64,000 nucleotides of DNA from Planctomycetaceae bacterium. GTDB taxonomy: Bacteria > Planctomycetota > Planctomycetia > Pirellulales > Pirellulaceae. Each line of letters starts with the position of its first letter. Within the stretch, counting starts at the first letter, position 1. Location: assembly GCA_002862205.1 (NCBI GenBank), contig PKCN01000399.1, positions 2,738 to 66,737 of the forward strand, written 5' to 3'. Positions 27,690-37,526 of this stretch are shown here, one piece after another. The notes under the pieces were generated by a model, which searched no databases, was not told the origin of the DNA, and saw nothing but the letters and a program-made list of their open reading frames with translations. Position numbers and translations under genes: made by a program.

Positions 27690-27716
27690 CGCCCGCGACC
27701 TATGCGGGCGTTTTTT
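27690..27716 (+). terminator. Rho-independent terminator of rpmA
   Basis: A 7-bp GC stem cgcccgc / gcgggcg with a 7-nt loop is followed by TTTTTT (27711-27716), 29 nt after the rpmA stop. Confidence 0.8.
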
Positions 27717-27810
27717 AATGCGCTGAGAAATCGAGGCCTGACAAGCTGCTGGAAACGTTTTCCCGCCGAGACACTGCTGCTTCTTCAGTGGATCGCACGA
27801 CAATCCTGAT

Positions 27811-30594
27811 TCAAGGTAGCACTTCAACAGTAATCGGATACGTCGTCACGTTACCGTCAACTTCCCCACGCAAAAAGAAAGCTCGTTTGCCGAGTTCTGC
27901 GATGGGGTCTGCCGTCAGAACAAACCCCCTCTCATTTTCTCCCTGACGCACCAGCAAACCATTGAGTCCAATATTATCGACATAGACACCATGCGGAGCA
28001 TTTCTCCCTGCGTTCTCTTTGCCAAAGCTGACCTGACCCTGAAAGCCCTCCTTGCGTCGAACGACAACACGGGCAGTGACACTATGTCCTCTTCGCACCT
28101 GCAGCGTCCAATTTTCTGCAGCCTCAACTGAACCTTCGGTGGGCTGAATCGATGGCAGCACACTCGGTTTACCACCCAGTTTCAGCACGCCCAGTTCACC
28201 AGCCTCCTGGACGACAATCGCCCCCAGAACATTTGCTTTTGCGACCAGCTTTGGTGATACCTCGCCTTCCCACGGTTCGGTAGATTCTGCCGCCCAAATA
28301 TTTCCCACCGCATAACGCTGACCACTTTCAATCGTGACCGGGAAACTTGAAACAAGACCTTCAGGTAAGCCATTGAGTTCAAACGTAACCGGTCCCTCGA
28401 ATCCATCCACTCGGTCGACTCGAACAATCACCTCCCTGCCTGAACCTTTTCGAATTTCAGCATTTGGCTTTGCGACGGATGCCTTGAATGAAGGTCTTGC
28501 AGGTCGGATAGACAACTTGTAGCCAAAGTTATCGCCGCCATCACCGCGGGTATCTGAAACTCGAACCGTGTAGGCAGCATTTTCAGGAGCCTTGAATAGC
28601 AGGCGACTGTTCCTTCCCGCGCGACGCGTGGGATCATCGTCGTTTTCATAAAACACCTCAAACACGGGCAACCCATTGGCGACGTGTTTCTCATCTGCAG
28701 CAAGCGGTCGCACCACATAGGCTGGTTCACCGAGAGCATGTGTTGTGTGCGAGGTCCCGAAGTACGTCCACCGCTCACCTTCGTTGGGGTAGACGTTGTA
28801 CCCTGAATCCGGCCCACGAGGATACATCCACAAACGCGTGACTTCCCCAGCAGCATACAAGAAGTCGTTCAAATGCATATTCTGCCAATTGAAGAGGCGA
28901 AAATCCCCAATCTGCTTACTGTCTTTACCCCGAAAGGTGAAGTAGGAATCACGAACCGCCTGCAATCGCGTCCGCAGCACAGGTTGCTTTTCGGCATCAA
29001 AAATGGCAACAAAGGGATCCATTTTGCTTCCTTCCCCAGCATCTGCATCGATTGCCCACAGCTCACCTTTTTTTGCATTCCAGCGATAGGAATCAACCTC
29101 GCCCTGTTTGCCGATGGCACCGACGACATCAGATCCACCCTGCACCTCCAACACGTCCTCGTCTTGCTCACCCCTACTTTTCCTGAGCTCAGCTTCGCTC
29201 ACCCCGACGGGTGTCATTGCATCGAGATACCGGGATTTCAAAGTCACCGCCTGCCCTTGCCCGGCGTCTTTCAAATCAGGAATCGCCTGCTTGAACAATT
29301 GTCCATTGCCCAACGCAACCAGCGCATCGTTTCCATCAAAAGAGAGTGTGAAATCTGTACCGCGATGCGGTAAACGTGGGAGCGTGGAAACCGTATCCCA
29401 TGAACCAGCATCAATGATTTTCAAAACACCTCCCTCAGTTAACACAACCAATCGCTTGCCATCGGCAGTGAATTCGAACTTGAGCAGGGGGCTTTCATCG
29501 ACAAAACGGGTAATCATAATCGGCTTGGTTTGCGATGGGTCTGATAACTTCAGCGTCCAGACTCTGAGGCGATTATCGGAACTTCCGGCGATAATGAATC
29601 TGCCATCGTTGGTCACCCCCACGGTCGACACTTCACCCTCGGGCTGACTGAGAGTATCGAGGCGTTTTCCCGTTTCAACACTCCACACTTTGACGGTTTC
29701 ATCTGCACACCCACTGACAATCAACATTCCGTCAGGAGAAAATGCAAGATCATAAATCGCTCCATTATGACCGGTCATCGTCCTCAGCAGTTCACCCGAC
29801 AAACTGTCCCACAATTTGATTTGGCGGTCGTAACCGGCAGTGGCAATCATGGTCCCATCCGGCGAGAACTCTGCTGCATAGAGAACATCGCGGTGCCCCC
29901 CCAGATCATGCAAAAGCTCGCCTGTTTGCACCGCGAACACCAACGCGGTTCCATACGCGCCCGCGACGCCCGACGCGACCACCAAACGACTGCCATCCCC
30001 ACTGAACTTCAAGGAGTGGACTTTCTCAATCCCGCTGTTTTGCTTTGTCAAATCCTGCAGCAACTTACCGTTCACATCTTTCAGTTGCACCAAACCGGTT
30101 CGGCCCACGGCAATCTGCATTCCCGACTCAGTGACAGCGACAGCGCTGAGCGGCAGTAACACATCTGCCCTTGCCTTGATCATGGGAACCTTGAAATCTC
30201 GCATCACGGGAACATTTCCCTCAGGCCCGCGAGCCCCCTGATCTACCCACCTAGCCAGAGTAGCAATCTGGTTTTCAGTCAACGATTGTTCGCCTTCAGG
30301 AGGCATCCGTGGCGTCGCTTTTCCTGTAATTCGCAAGATCAGTCGACTGCTATTGGCTTCACCCGGCGTGATCGCAGCACCAGATTCCCCGCCCTTCAAC
30401 AAACGGCTGTAGGTTTCCATTACCAGCCCGCCCTCTGCATCATCCACCGCATGACATCCCACACAATGCGACCGGAATATAGGCATCACTTCCTTGACAT
30501 AGTCAACATTCTCATCAGCTTTGCAAACGACCAACACCAACGAGGGCAGCAGGCAGAGAACGGCAAGACGGATAGCAAAATGAGTCATGGGCAA
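27811..30594 (-). CDS. Planctomycete cytochrome c domain (PSCyt1) protein with WD40 repeats and PPC-like C-terminal domains
   Basis: 927-aa ORF with a signal peptide. The N-terminal region reads VKEVMPIFRSHCVGCHAVDDAEGGLVMETY (CxxCH). WD40-type blades are present (GHRDVLYAAEFSPDGTMIATAGYDRQIKLWD; GHNGAIYDLAFSPDG...ADETVKVWS). A pre-peptidase-C-like segment (GEVDSYRWNAKKGELWAIDA) follows. Confidence 0.9.
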   Translation of the reverse strand: MPMTHFAIRLAVLCLLPSLVLVVCKADENVDYVKEVMPIFRSHCVGCHAVDDAEGGLVMETYSRLLKGGESGAAITPGEANSSRLILRITGKATPRMPPEGEQSLTENQIATLARWVDQGARGPEGNVPVMRDFKVPMIKARADVLLPLSAVAVTESGMQIAVGRTGLVQLKDVNGKLLQDLTKQNSGIEKVHSLKFSGDGSRLVVASGVAGAYGTALVFAVQTGELLHDLGGHRDVLYAAEFSPDGTMIATAGYDRQIKLWDSLSGELLRTMTGHNGAIYDLAFSPDGMLIVSGCADETVKVWSVETGKRLDTLSQPEGEVSTVGVTNDGRFIIAGSSDNRLRVWTLKLSDPSQTKPIMITRFVDESPLLKFEFTADGKRLVVLTEGGVLKIIDAGSWDTVSTLPRLPHRGTDFTLSFDGNDALVALGNGQLFKQAIPDLKDAGQGQAVTLKSRYLDAMTPVGVSEAELRKSRGEQDEDVLEVQGGSDVVGAIGKQGEVDSYRWNAKKGELWAIDADAGEGSKMDPFVAIFDAEKQPVLRTRLQAVRDSYFTFRGKDSKQIGDFRLFNWQNMHLNDFLYAAGEVTRLWMYPRGPDSGYNVYPNEGERWTYFGTSHTTHALGEPAYVVRPLAADEKHVANGLPVFEVFYENDDDPTRRAGRNSRLLFKAPENAAYTVRVSDTRGDGGDNFGYKLSIRPARPSFKASVAKPNAEIRKGSGREVIVRVDRVDGFEGPVTFELNGLPEGLVSSFPVTIESGQRYAVGNIWAAESTEPWEGEVSPKLVAKANVLGAIVVQEAGELGVLKLGGKPSVLPSIQPTEGSVEAAENWTLQVRRGHSVTARVVVRRKEGFQGQVSFGKENAGRNAPHGVYVDNIGLNGLLVRQGENERGFVLTADPIAELGKRAFFLRGEVDGNVTTYPITVEVLP

Positions 30595-30630
30595 GCGCTA
30601 ACTGAAAAAATGGAACGTCTGGCTCAACGC

Positions 30631-33126
30631 TCAATGGTTGAAAGTAAATTCGGTACTGGTAAGGATGCTCCAAGCGATATCCTGCAAGGCCGTGGCCCGA
30701 TCCTCACCATATTCGCTGCGTATTTCCAGCAATTTTGCGAGTTCTGATTCGGTAGCTTCCCGGGACAGAGCAGCCAAGAACAACTTTTGCACAATCGTGA
30801 CGTCAGACTCTTTGGCTTCAATCAATCCAGCAATACGATTCTTCTGATCCGCCAACTTGGGGTTAAGCGTTTCGCCATTGGACAAGTGCAGGACTTGCAC
30901 AAGACTGGGCTCCGAACTGCGTTCACATTCGCATGTTATCTCTCGCGGGTTCCGTCCGAACGTCTTCAAGAAGTAGGAGTTCACAGATGCATCAAACAAT
31001 TCAATCGCTCGAGTACCCTGTTTATAAAAGTCAGTCTTTTGCTTATCAGCTCCCGGAAAAGCGACTTCATTGAAAACGGTCGAAGTTTGCAATACTTGAT
31101 CAATTCCATCCAGCAGCACTTCAGCCATCAAGCGTCGAGGGTAATAGCGGCTCAGATACTTGTACTCACCACGATTTTCCGCCAGTGACAAACTGCTGCG
31201 CTGGTAGGTGTGACTGCGAAGAATACTTCTCATCAAGGCTTTGAGATCAAAACCTGCGTCAACCACATGCTCTGCTGCTGCATCCAGCAATGCTTCATTG
31301 GAAGCAGGATTGCTGAGTCGCAGGTCATCAACCTGCTCGACCAAACCGCGTCCAAAGAAGTTGGCCCAAACACGATTCGCAATGGAACGTGAGAAGTAGG
31401 GGTTTGATGCATCGGTCATCCAATCAGCCAAGGCGAGTCGCCGATCCCGCGGATCGTCAAATTCAAGCGGCGGTGAATCCAGTGGAGCCGGTTGTTGTGG
31501 GCGTCCCAAATCTGGCTGAATCAACTCTCCTGAACTTGCCACATAAAGCGTCCGGAGACCATCCCCGTTACGTCCATCTCCCCCCCAACCCTTCGCTCGG
31601 ACGCGAGAGAACAGATTTGCCATTGCGTAATATTGGTCGTTGGTCCACTTTTCCAAAGGATGGTTGTGGCACTTCGCACAACCGATCGATAAACCCATGA
31701 ACGCCTGACAGGCGTTCTCAGTCATTTCCTCGGGTGTTTGGTGCAATGCATAGAAGTTCGTCGCACCGTTCTCATTGCTGTTTCCAGTGGCCGTGAGGAT
31801 TTCGCGGACCAACTGGTCCCATGGTTGGTTCTCGCGAACCGCTTTTCGTACCCACTGATAATAGGTTTTGACGGCAACAGGCCTTAGCCGCGTCCCGTTG
31901 ATCAGCAACATGTCGCACCACCGGTAGGTCCAGTACGCGACAAAATCCTCGCCTGACAGCAAGCGTTCAATCAATTGATCCCGACGCATCCCGGATTCAT
32001 CGGCCAGAAACACGTCCCGTTCCTCAATGGTGGGCAGACGGCCCACCGTGTCCAGCGTGGCCCGTCTCAGAAACGCCTGATCATCACACGCTGGCGATGG
32101 CCGTAATTGCAATGTTTGCAATTGCTCCAGATTCAGTTCATCGATGAAATTACGACGTTTCGTATTCCGATACACCTCCGGAGAAACGACATTCGGATAC
32201 GGCACCGTCATCCTAGCCAAGGCAACCTTACTGCCAAACCAAACCAGGACGGCAGCTTCCCCACTGCCCTGCACCGTCAGCCGACCTGTTTCGTCCACTG
32301 TTGCAATCGCTTCATCGGTTGCCGAGAACTGTGACCAGTGCGTCACGTCCACCGATTCTCCATTGCTGTAATGGGCATGAACAAGAATCTGGAACTTGTC
32401 TTCGGGTTCAAGTAAAGCGGATTCAGGAGTCACAGAAATCCGCTCCAGCTGGGCATCGGCCGTGGATGGCCCAACCGCCCCGTCCGCAATCCACTCTGAA
32501 AGCACTTGATAGTTGCGAGAGCCAACCGCCAGCTTCAAACCACCTTTGTGAGGCAGAGCTGCGGTTGGCTTGGCGAGCAACAAACTACGTCCGGGGTCAG
32601 TCAATTCCACACGTCGGCCACGCGCTTTTTGAGTGATTGCCAGAAAATCAGCATGCGTGTCATACCCCCTCAGTGAAAGTTTAAATCCACCTTTCCCAGC
32701 CAACGAGCCGTGGCAGGATCCCATGTTGCACCCGCTCTTGGCCAGCACACTTTGAACATGATTGCGGAAATTCCACTGCGCCGGTTTATCAACATTGGAT
32801 ACGACAACCCGCGCCGATGCCGTACGTCCTCCAATCGACACGGTGATCTCGGTCTGGCCATTGGCCAAGCCACGCACAACTCCTTCTTCGATAACGACAA
32901 CCGAATTGTCCCGCACGTCAAACTTCAAGTCTGCGGCATCAATCATTCCTGCCAGACGCCCCTGCTCAACATTCACAACGGACAATTGCTGAATGTTTTC
33001 AGGACCATGCAGAGTGAACTCCATTGGCAACAGACGAATCTCCTGCCCCTGGACCATGGGGGTTTGATTGCCCAGCACAGCCATGAACAGACAGAGAAAT
33101 AATGTTCGATAAGAAAACATGTTCAA
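30631..33126 (-). CDS. DUF1549/DUF1553 (PSCyt2-PSD1) protein with N-terminal Big_2 Ig-like domain
   Basis: 831-aa ORF with a signal peptide. The Big_2-like region is VVRGLANGQTEITVSIGGRTASARVVV. The DUF1549-like region is GCNMGSCHGSLAGKGGFKLSLRGYD, with CAKCHNHPLEKWTNDQYY. The DUF1553-like C-terminus reads TCECERSSEPSLVQVLHLSNG. Confidence 0.92.
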   Translation of the reverse strand: MNMFSYRTLFLCLFMAVLGNQTPMVQGQEIRLLPMEFTLHGPENIQQLSVVNVEQGRLAGMIDAADLKFDVRDNSVVVIEEGVVRGLANGQTEITVSIGGRTASARVVVSNVDKPAQWNFRNHVQSVLAKSGCNMGSCHGSLAGKGGFKLSLRGYDTHADFLAITQKARGRRVELTDPGRSLLLAKPTAALPHKGGLKLAVGSRNYQVLSEWIADGAVGPSTADAQLERISVTPESALLEPEDKFQILVHAHYSNGESVDVTHWSQFSATDEAIATVDETGRLTVQGSGEAAVLVWFGSKVALARMTVPYPNVVSPEVYRNTKRRNFIDELNLEQLQTLQLRPSPACDDQAFLRRATLDTVGRLPTIEERDVFLADESGMRRDQLIERLLSGEDFVAYWTYRWCDMLLINGTRLRPVAVKTYYQWVRKAVRENQPWDQLVREILTATGNSNENGATNFYALHQTPEEMTENACQAFMGLSIGCAKCHNHPLEKWTNDQYYAMANLFSRVRAKGWGGDGRNGDGLRTLYVASSGELIQPDLGRPQQPAPLDSPPLEFDDPRDRRLALADWMTDASNPYFSRSIANRVWANFFGRGLVEQVDDLRLSNPASNEALLDAAAEHVVDAGFDLKALMRSILRSHTYQRSSLSLAENRGEYKYLSRYYPRRLMAEVLLDGIDQVLQTSTVFNEVAFPGADKQKTDFYKQGTRAIELFDASVNSYFLKTFGRNPREITCECERSSEPSLVQVLHLSNGETLNPKLADQKNRIAGLIEAKESDVTIVQKLFLAALSREATESELAKLLEIRSEYGEDRATALQDIAWSILTSTEFTFNH

Positions 33127-33282
33127 TGAATCGTGCCAAAATCGTTGAATGTGATCATGCTGGCCAGCGTGCAGCCACGCCGCGGTTGATGCGTTGGACA
33201 GCGTTCGTTTACGTACAAAATACCTGCGTTGCCATGCGGTTCATGCGTGGCAGACAACTGACACCGTGACCTGGTTCCAAAC

Positions 33283-34659
33283 TCAGGAAAACAATTCCCT
33301 GACTTCGCGAACTCCAAAATCAACGAGCGGAAAAGGCCGCCCACCTGGGCCAGGCATTTCGGCATGCAGGTCAAGCCCGAGACTATTGAAAATGGTTGCA
33401 ACGATCTCGCCCGGGTTGGTTGGCCGATCAGCGGGCACTGCCCCGACAGGGTCGCTGGCGCCCACAGCACGACCTCCCTGAACGCCACCACCGGCAAAAG
33501 TACAGGAGAAACATTGCGGCCAATGATCACGCCCGCCGGCTGGATTCACTTTCGGTGTGCGGCCAAACTCAGCAAGTCCACAAACCATGGTGTCATCCAA
33601 CAAACCGCGTTCATGCAAATCTGAAATCAAGGCGCTGTACGCCTGATCGTACATGGGAGCAACAATGTTCTTCATCCCCTCAATGGTTGTGAATGGTTTG
33701 CTGCCATGAATGTCCCACGTGATCTCGTTGAATACGGTCAAAAAGGTGTTGATTGTAATGAATCGCACGCCTGCCTCGACCAGACGCCGTGCCAACAGGC
33801 AGCACTGGCCAAAGCGATTCATCCCGTAACGTTCTCGCACATTTTTCGGTTCTTTGCTGAGATCGAATGCCTCCCGTGCCTGAACGCTACTCATCAATCG
33901 ATAAGCCGCTTCAAAGTTTTTGTCCAACATTTTTGCTGATTCAGTATCCTCCAGTTCCTTGAGCCGACCTTCGATCGCACTCCGCATGCGTCGTCGACGG
34001 TCGATCCGCACATCGCCCAAGGTAGAGGGAGGCAGCAAGTCAGGCACCTTGAAATTCTCTTTGCTGGGGTCTGCCATCAAAGCGAACGGATCATAAGTTT
34101 TCCCAAGAAATCCTCCCGCTTGGCCATTGGGTAGATTTCCGCCTCCGCGGCCCATCGTTTCTGGTAACACGACATGTGCCGGAAGATCGCTGCGGCGGCC
34201 ACGCATGTACTGCAAAACCGCTCCCGCATGCGGATAATTCACGCCACCGGTGAACTGCCGTCCGGTCTGCAACATCTGCCAACCGGCATCATGCACGGCA
34301 GCAGCCGTGTGATAACACGAACGTATGATCGAAAACTTGTCAGCGATCTCTGCATGACGTGGCAATATTTCGGAAACCTGAAAGTCGCCCTTGGTGGAAA
34401 TTGGCTTGAATGGCCCTCGCACCTCGGCAGCTGCCTCAGGCTTCATGTCAAAGGTGTCCAACTGACTCGGTGCACCGAGGTTGAAGATCATGATGCAAGA
34501 ACGTTTGTCTTTCTCTGGATCCACATTTCCCTGTTCAGCAGCAGCCAAGTATTGGGGCAGTCCTAAGCCGATTGCGCCTAACGTGCCGACTTGAAGGAAA
34601 TCACGTCGCGTGGTTCCGTTACACGTATGCGACGAAGCTTTTGACGTCAGATTCAGCAT
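33283..34659 (-). CDS. DUF1501 domain protein (sulfatase-fold), Tat-signal
   Basis: 458-aa ORF. The twin-arginine signal is TRRDFLQVGTLGAIGL. The DUF1501-typical segment is GLAEFGRTPKVNPAGGRDHWPQCFS. Confidence 0.92.
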   Translation of the reverse strand: MLNLTSKASSHTCNGTTRRDFLQVGTLGAIGLGLPQYLAAAEQGNVDPEKDKRSCIMIFNLGAPSQLDTFDMKPEAAAEVRGPFKPISTKGDFQVSEILPRHAEIADKFSIIRSCYHTAAAVHDAGWQMLQTGRQFTGGVNYPHAGAVLQYMRGRRSDLPAHVVLPETMGRGGGNLPNGQAGGFLGKTYDPFALMADPSKENFKVPDLLPPSTLGDVRIDRRRRMRSAIEGRLKELEDTESAKMLDKNFEAAYRLMSSVQAREAFDLSKEPKNVRERYGMNRFGQCCLLARRLVEAGVRFITINTFLTVFNEITWDIHGSKPFTTIEGMKNIVAPMYDQAYSALISDLHERGLLDDTMVCGLAEFGRTPKVNPAGGRDHWPQCFSCTFAGGGVQGGRAVGASDPVGAVPADRPTNPGEIVATIFNSLGLDLHAEMPGPGGRPFPLVDFGVREVRELFS

Positions 34660-34892
34660 GGGTTCATCCCGACTGGAAGTGAGCTAATCCGGAAACAGGG
34701 CAAGGCAAATCGGCAGGGCAACTGCAGCGACCAGGCGAGCCACAAAGCAAGCCCAGCCCATCCCACTGACTGGACGAATTTTACCAGACAACGATGCACG
34801 ACAATTGCAGCAAACACGCAATCTTTTGTACAAATTACGCACAGCCAACCAGAAGCAAACCCTGCAGGCACAGTTTTTCTCATCCATCGGCG

Positions 34893-35597
34893 ATGCCAAT
34901 CAACTCCTCCGTCTGTTCGATTTCTCTTCCCCTCCTATTCCTTTATCTGAAAGATACTCAGGGCCGCTTCACCGCCTTGAATTCACCTTTGGTCCATTTG
35001 CGTGGTGCAAGCCACAAACGTGAACTGCCGGGAAAAACGGATCTGGAAATCCACCCAACGTTTTGGGGCCGCAAATATCAACAAGAAGACCCCAAGGTGA
35101 TCGAATCCGGGGGGGAGATCCAAAACCAAGTTTGGCTGGTGCCCATTGGAGACGGCAAACTTGCCTCCTTTTTGTCCAGCAAGATCCCCCTTCGCAACCA
35201 TGAAGGAAGCATTATCGGAATCGCCGGGGTCATGTATCCGCTTGCCCAACAACTCCACGAAACCGGCTCTCCAGATGCAGTCCAAGCCGCCACGGAATTT
35301 ATCAACCAGCACCACCCCGAGCCGATTGAGATTCAGCAGGTCGCCCAGCACGCCGGCCTCTCTGCCAGGCAGCTCAATCGGCGTTTTCGAGCGACGTATC
35401 AAATGTCACCCGCTCAATACCTGCAGCGTGTCAGAGTCCATCACGCCAGCCAGGCCTTGCTCACTACCGAAACACAAATTGGCATCCTTGCGTTGGACCA
35501 TGGCTTTTATGAACAGACGCACCTGACGCGACTTTTCCGTCGCTGGATGGGCCCGGCGCCATTGGAGTTCCGAAAAGGTTCGCGGCAACAAGCGTGA
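34893..35597 (+). CDS. AraC-family transcriptional regulator with N-terminal PAS-like sensor
   Basis: ORF 34794..35597; ATG at 34893 is preferred. The PAS-like region is LKDTQGRFTALNSPLVHL...HEGSIIGIAGV. The C-terminal dual HTH reads IEIQQVAQHAGLSARQLNRRFRATYQMSPAQYLQRVRV...GFYEQTHLTRLFRRWMG. Confidence 0.8.
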   Translation: MPINSSVCSISLPLLFLYLKDTQGRFTALNSPLVHLRGASHKRELPGKTDLEIHPTFWGRKYQQEDPKVIESGGEIQNQVWLVPIGDGKLASFLSSKIPLRNHEGSIIGIAGVMYPLAQQLHETGSPDAVQAATEFINQHHPEPIEIQQVAQHAGLSARQLNRRFRATYQMSPAQYLQRVRVHHASQALLTTETQIGILALDHGFYEQTHLTRLFRRWMGPAPLEFRKGSRQQA

Positions 35598-35687
35598 CCT
35601 CGATCAGTGAAGTCAAATACTGCCCAACGCACGTCACACCACGTCACGCCATGATGACGATCCGCTTCGCTGCTGTCTCCACAAAAC

Positions 35688-36695
35688 TCACTGCAATAGC
35701 GTCGCCAACAGTGTGATCGAATTGAGAATCATGTGCAGCACAATGCAGGGGATCAGTGAACCTGTCTGGCGATAGAGATACCCCAGCCCTACCGAGAGCA
35801 GAAACAAAGGAATCGGGGCCGCGCCCTGTCCCAAATGCATCAAGGCAAAGATCAAACTGGCGGCGATGAGGGGCCAATACGAAACCGGCTCCCAGTTTCC
35901 ACTTTGCTCATTGTCTGGATTCTGTCTCTCCTGACCGCTCGCTTGCTCAGCAGTCAATGAGCGGGGTGATGCGTTGCTTTCGCTCTGGCTGGCACTGCCA
36001 TCAGTTGAAGACGTTTCAACTTGCCCGGCGACTCGATCCGCCAAACGCTGCAAGCCTCCCTGAACCAGCCCACGAAAAAGAATTTCCTCTGCGATCGGGG
36101 TCACGACTGCTGTTCCCAAAAAGAGCACAGCAAAGACTCGTGGCGATTGCAGCTGCTGAAGCACATCAAGTACTTCGTGCTCATACTCGGCAACCATCAG
36201 GTTTGCCAACGCAGCGATTGCCAGCACGGGTGGCAACGTCATTAAGGCAGCCCTGAATCCCAGACCAATCATCGATCGATCAATCGACAGCCCGAACTTG
36301 CGTAAATTATCGCGATCGATATTCCACATCCAAAGCAGAACGACACCAATGGCAATACAGTTTGCCAGACCAGAAATCGCGAGTACGACGAATACCGTTT
36401 CCGGCGATTGATCGCCGATAGACTCCCCCGGCTCTGGAAACTTGTACCAACCGTTTTCACTGGCGAACCGAAGCAGCAATTGCCCCGAAACAATCATCGC
36501 TCCGAACATGACAAAGAGTTCGGGAATACCCCATGACGGACATTCCCGCCGCTTGACTGGCAACCATGTGTCAGCAAATTCACGTACACCATGCTTGAAA
36601 ATCGCAGGCAGCAGACGCACCCACATGACCAGACTGACACCGGCAACGAGGATCAGCAGAGAATTGAGCAGCAGGTATAAAGAATCTGCCATCAC
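35688..36695 (-). CDS. CPBP-family (CAAX-type) intramembrane metalloprotease
   Basis: 335-aa polytopic ORF with motifs EEILFRGLVQ, FALMHL and HMILNS. The GTG at 36695 and ATG at 36692 overlap the pgsA stop (GTGATG). Confidence 0.8.
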   Translation of the reverse strand: MMADSLYLLLNSLLILVAGVSLVMWVRLLPAIFKHGVREFADTWLPVKRRECPSWGIPELFVMFGAMIVSGQLLLRFASENGWYKFPEPGESIGDQSPETVFVVLAISGLANCIAIGVVLLWMWNIDRDNLRKFGLSIDRSMIGLGFRAALMTLPPVLAIAALANLMVAEYEHEVLDVLQQLQSPRVFAVLFLGTAVVTPIAEEILFRGLVQGGLQRLADRVAGQVETSSTDGSASQSESNASPRSLTAEQASGQERQNPDNEQSGNWEPVSYWPLIAASLIFALMHLGQGAAPIPLFLLSVGLGYLYRQTGSLIPCIVLHMILNSITLLATLLQ

Positions 36696-37288
36696 TCGCC
36701 TTGCGAGTCTGTTGATGCCGAAGTCACATGCATCACTCGAGCGGCCGCCCGGCTGTAGTCAACGCCCGAGTAAACAGTCAACGCGATTGCCGACCACAGA
36801 AACCCGACTGCCGTCCATTCCAGAATGTTATTCTCTGGGTTCAACAACATGACCAAGATGGCGATCACCGCACCGCACTGCAGTACCATTTTCCACTTCC
36901 CGAGTTGGCTGGCAGAAAAGTCACCACCAGAGCCCTCAATCATTCCACGCAGACTGGTCACCAACAATTCCCGCCCGACCACAATCGTTGCCATCCAGGA
37001 CGCAACGGACGAACCATCCACCTCAACCAGGGCGATGAACGTGCCGCAAATGATGATTTTGTCCACAAAGGGATCGAAGATGCGCCCCAACTTGGTGACT
37101 TGACCGTATTTCCTTGCCCAATAGCCATCCATCCAGTCGGTTGACGCGGCGATGGCAAAAACGATCAACCCGGGCAGGTATTGCCCCATCGGGATCAAGA
37201 CCATGACGGCGATCGCAAGTCCAAAACGGATACTCGTTAATGCGTTGGGAACGTTGTAAATACTTGGATTTGTGGATTCATTCATCAT
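36692..37288 (-). CDS. pgsA: CDP-diacylglycerol--glycerol-3-phosphate 3-phosphatidyltransferase
   Basis: 198 aa. The CDP-alcohol phosphatidyltransferase motif is DWMDGYWARKYGQVTKLGRIFDPFVDK. The N-terminus NVPNALTSIRF is typical of PgsA. Confidence 0.9.
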   Translation of the reverse strand: MMNESTNPSIYNVPNALTSIRFGLAIAVMVLIPMGQYLPGLIVFAIAASTDWMDGYWARKYGQVTKLGRIFDPFVDKIIICGTFIALVEVDGSSVASWMATIVVGRELLVTSLRGMIEGSGGDFSASQLGKWKMVLQCGAVIAILVMLLNPENNILEWTAVGFLWSAIALTVYSGVDYSRAAARVMHVTSASTDSQGE

Positions 37289-37526
37289 TCAAATCATCTT
37301 CTGAGTACCGTGACCGCCGCGAGTCTCTGTTGTCGCTGATTGCCGAGGCCACGCCAAGGTCCCCAAAGGCCATTTGCAGAGCAGATTCTCAAAGCACTGC
37401 TCAGGCCTGTCGAACAGCAAATTGCTCAGACGTGTCGCAGAGCCAAACACACAACTCAAAATACCATGCCCCGACGGTGAGCATGCATGCTACCTATCTA
37501 CACGGTAAAAGACCGCCACCGAGCAC

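Noticed and set aside
35631-35650. 10-nt x2 duplication ACGTCACACC/ACGTCACGCC in the AraC/CPBP convergent gap.
   Set aside because: A 10-nt duplication with one mismatch is expected about once or twice by chance in 64 kb. It is not counted among the significant arrays.
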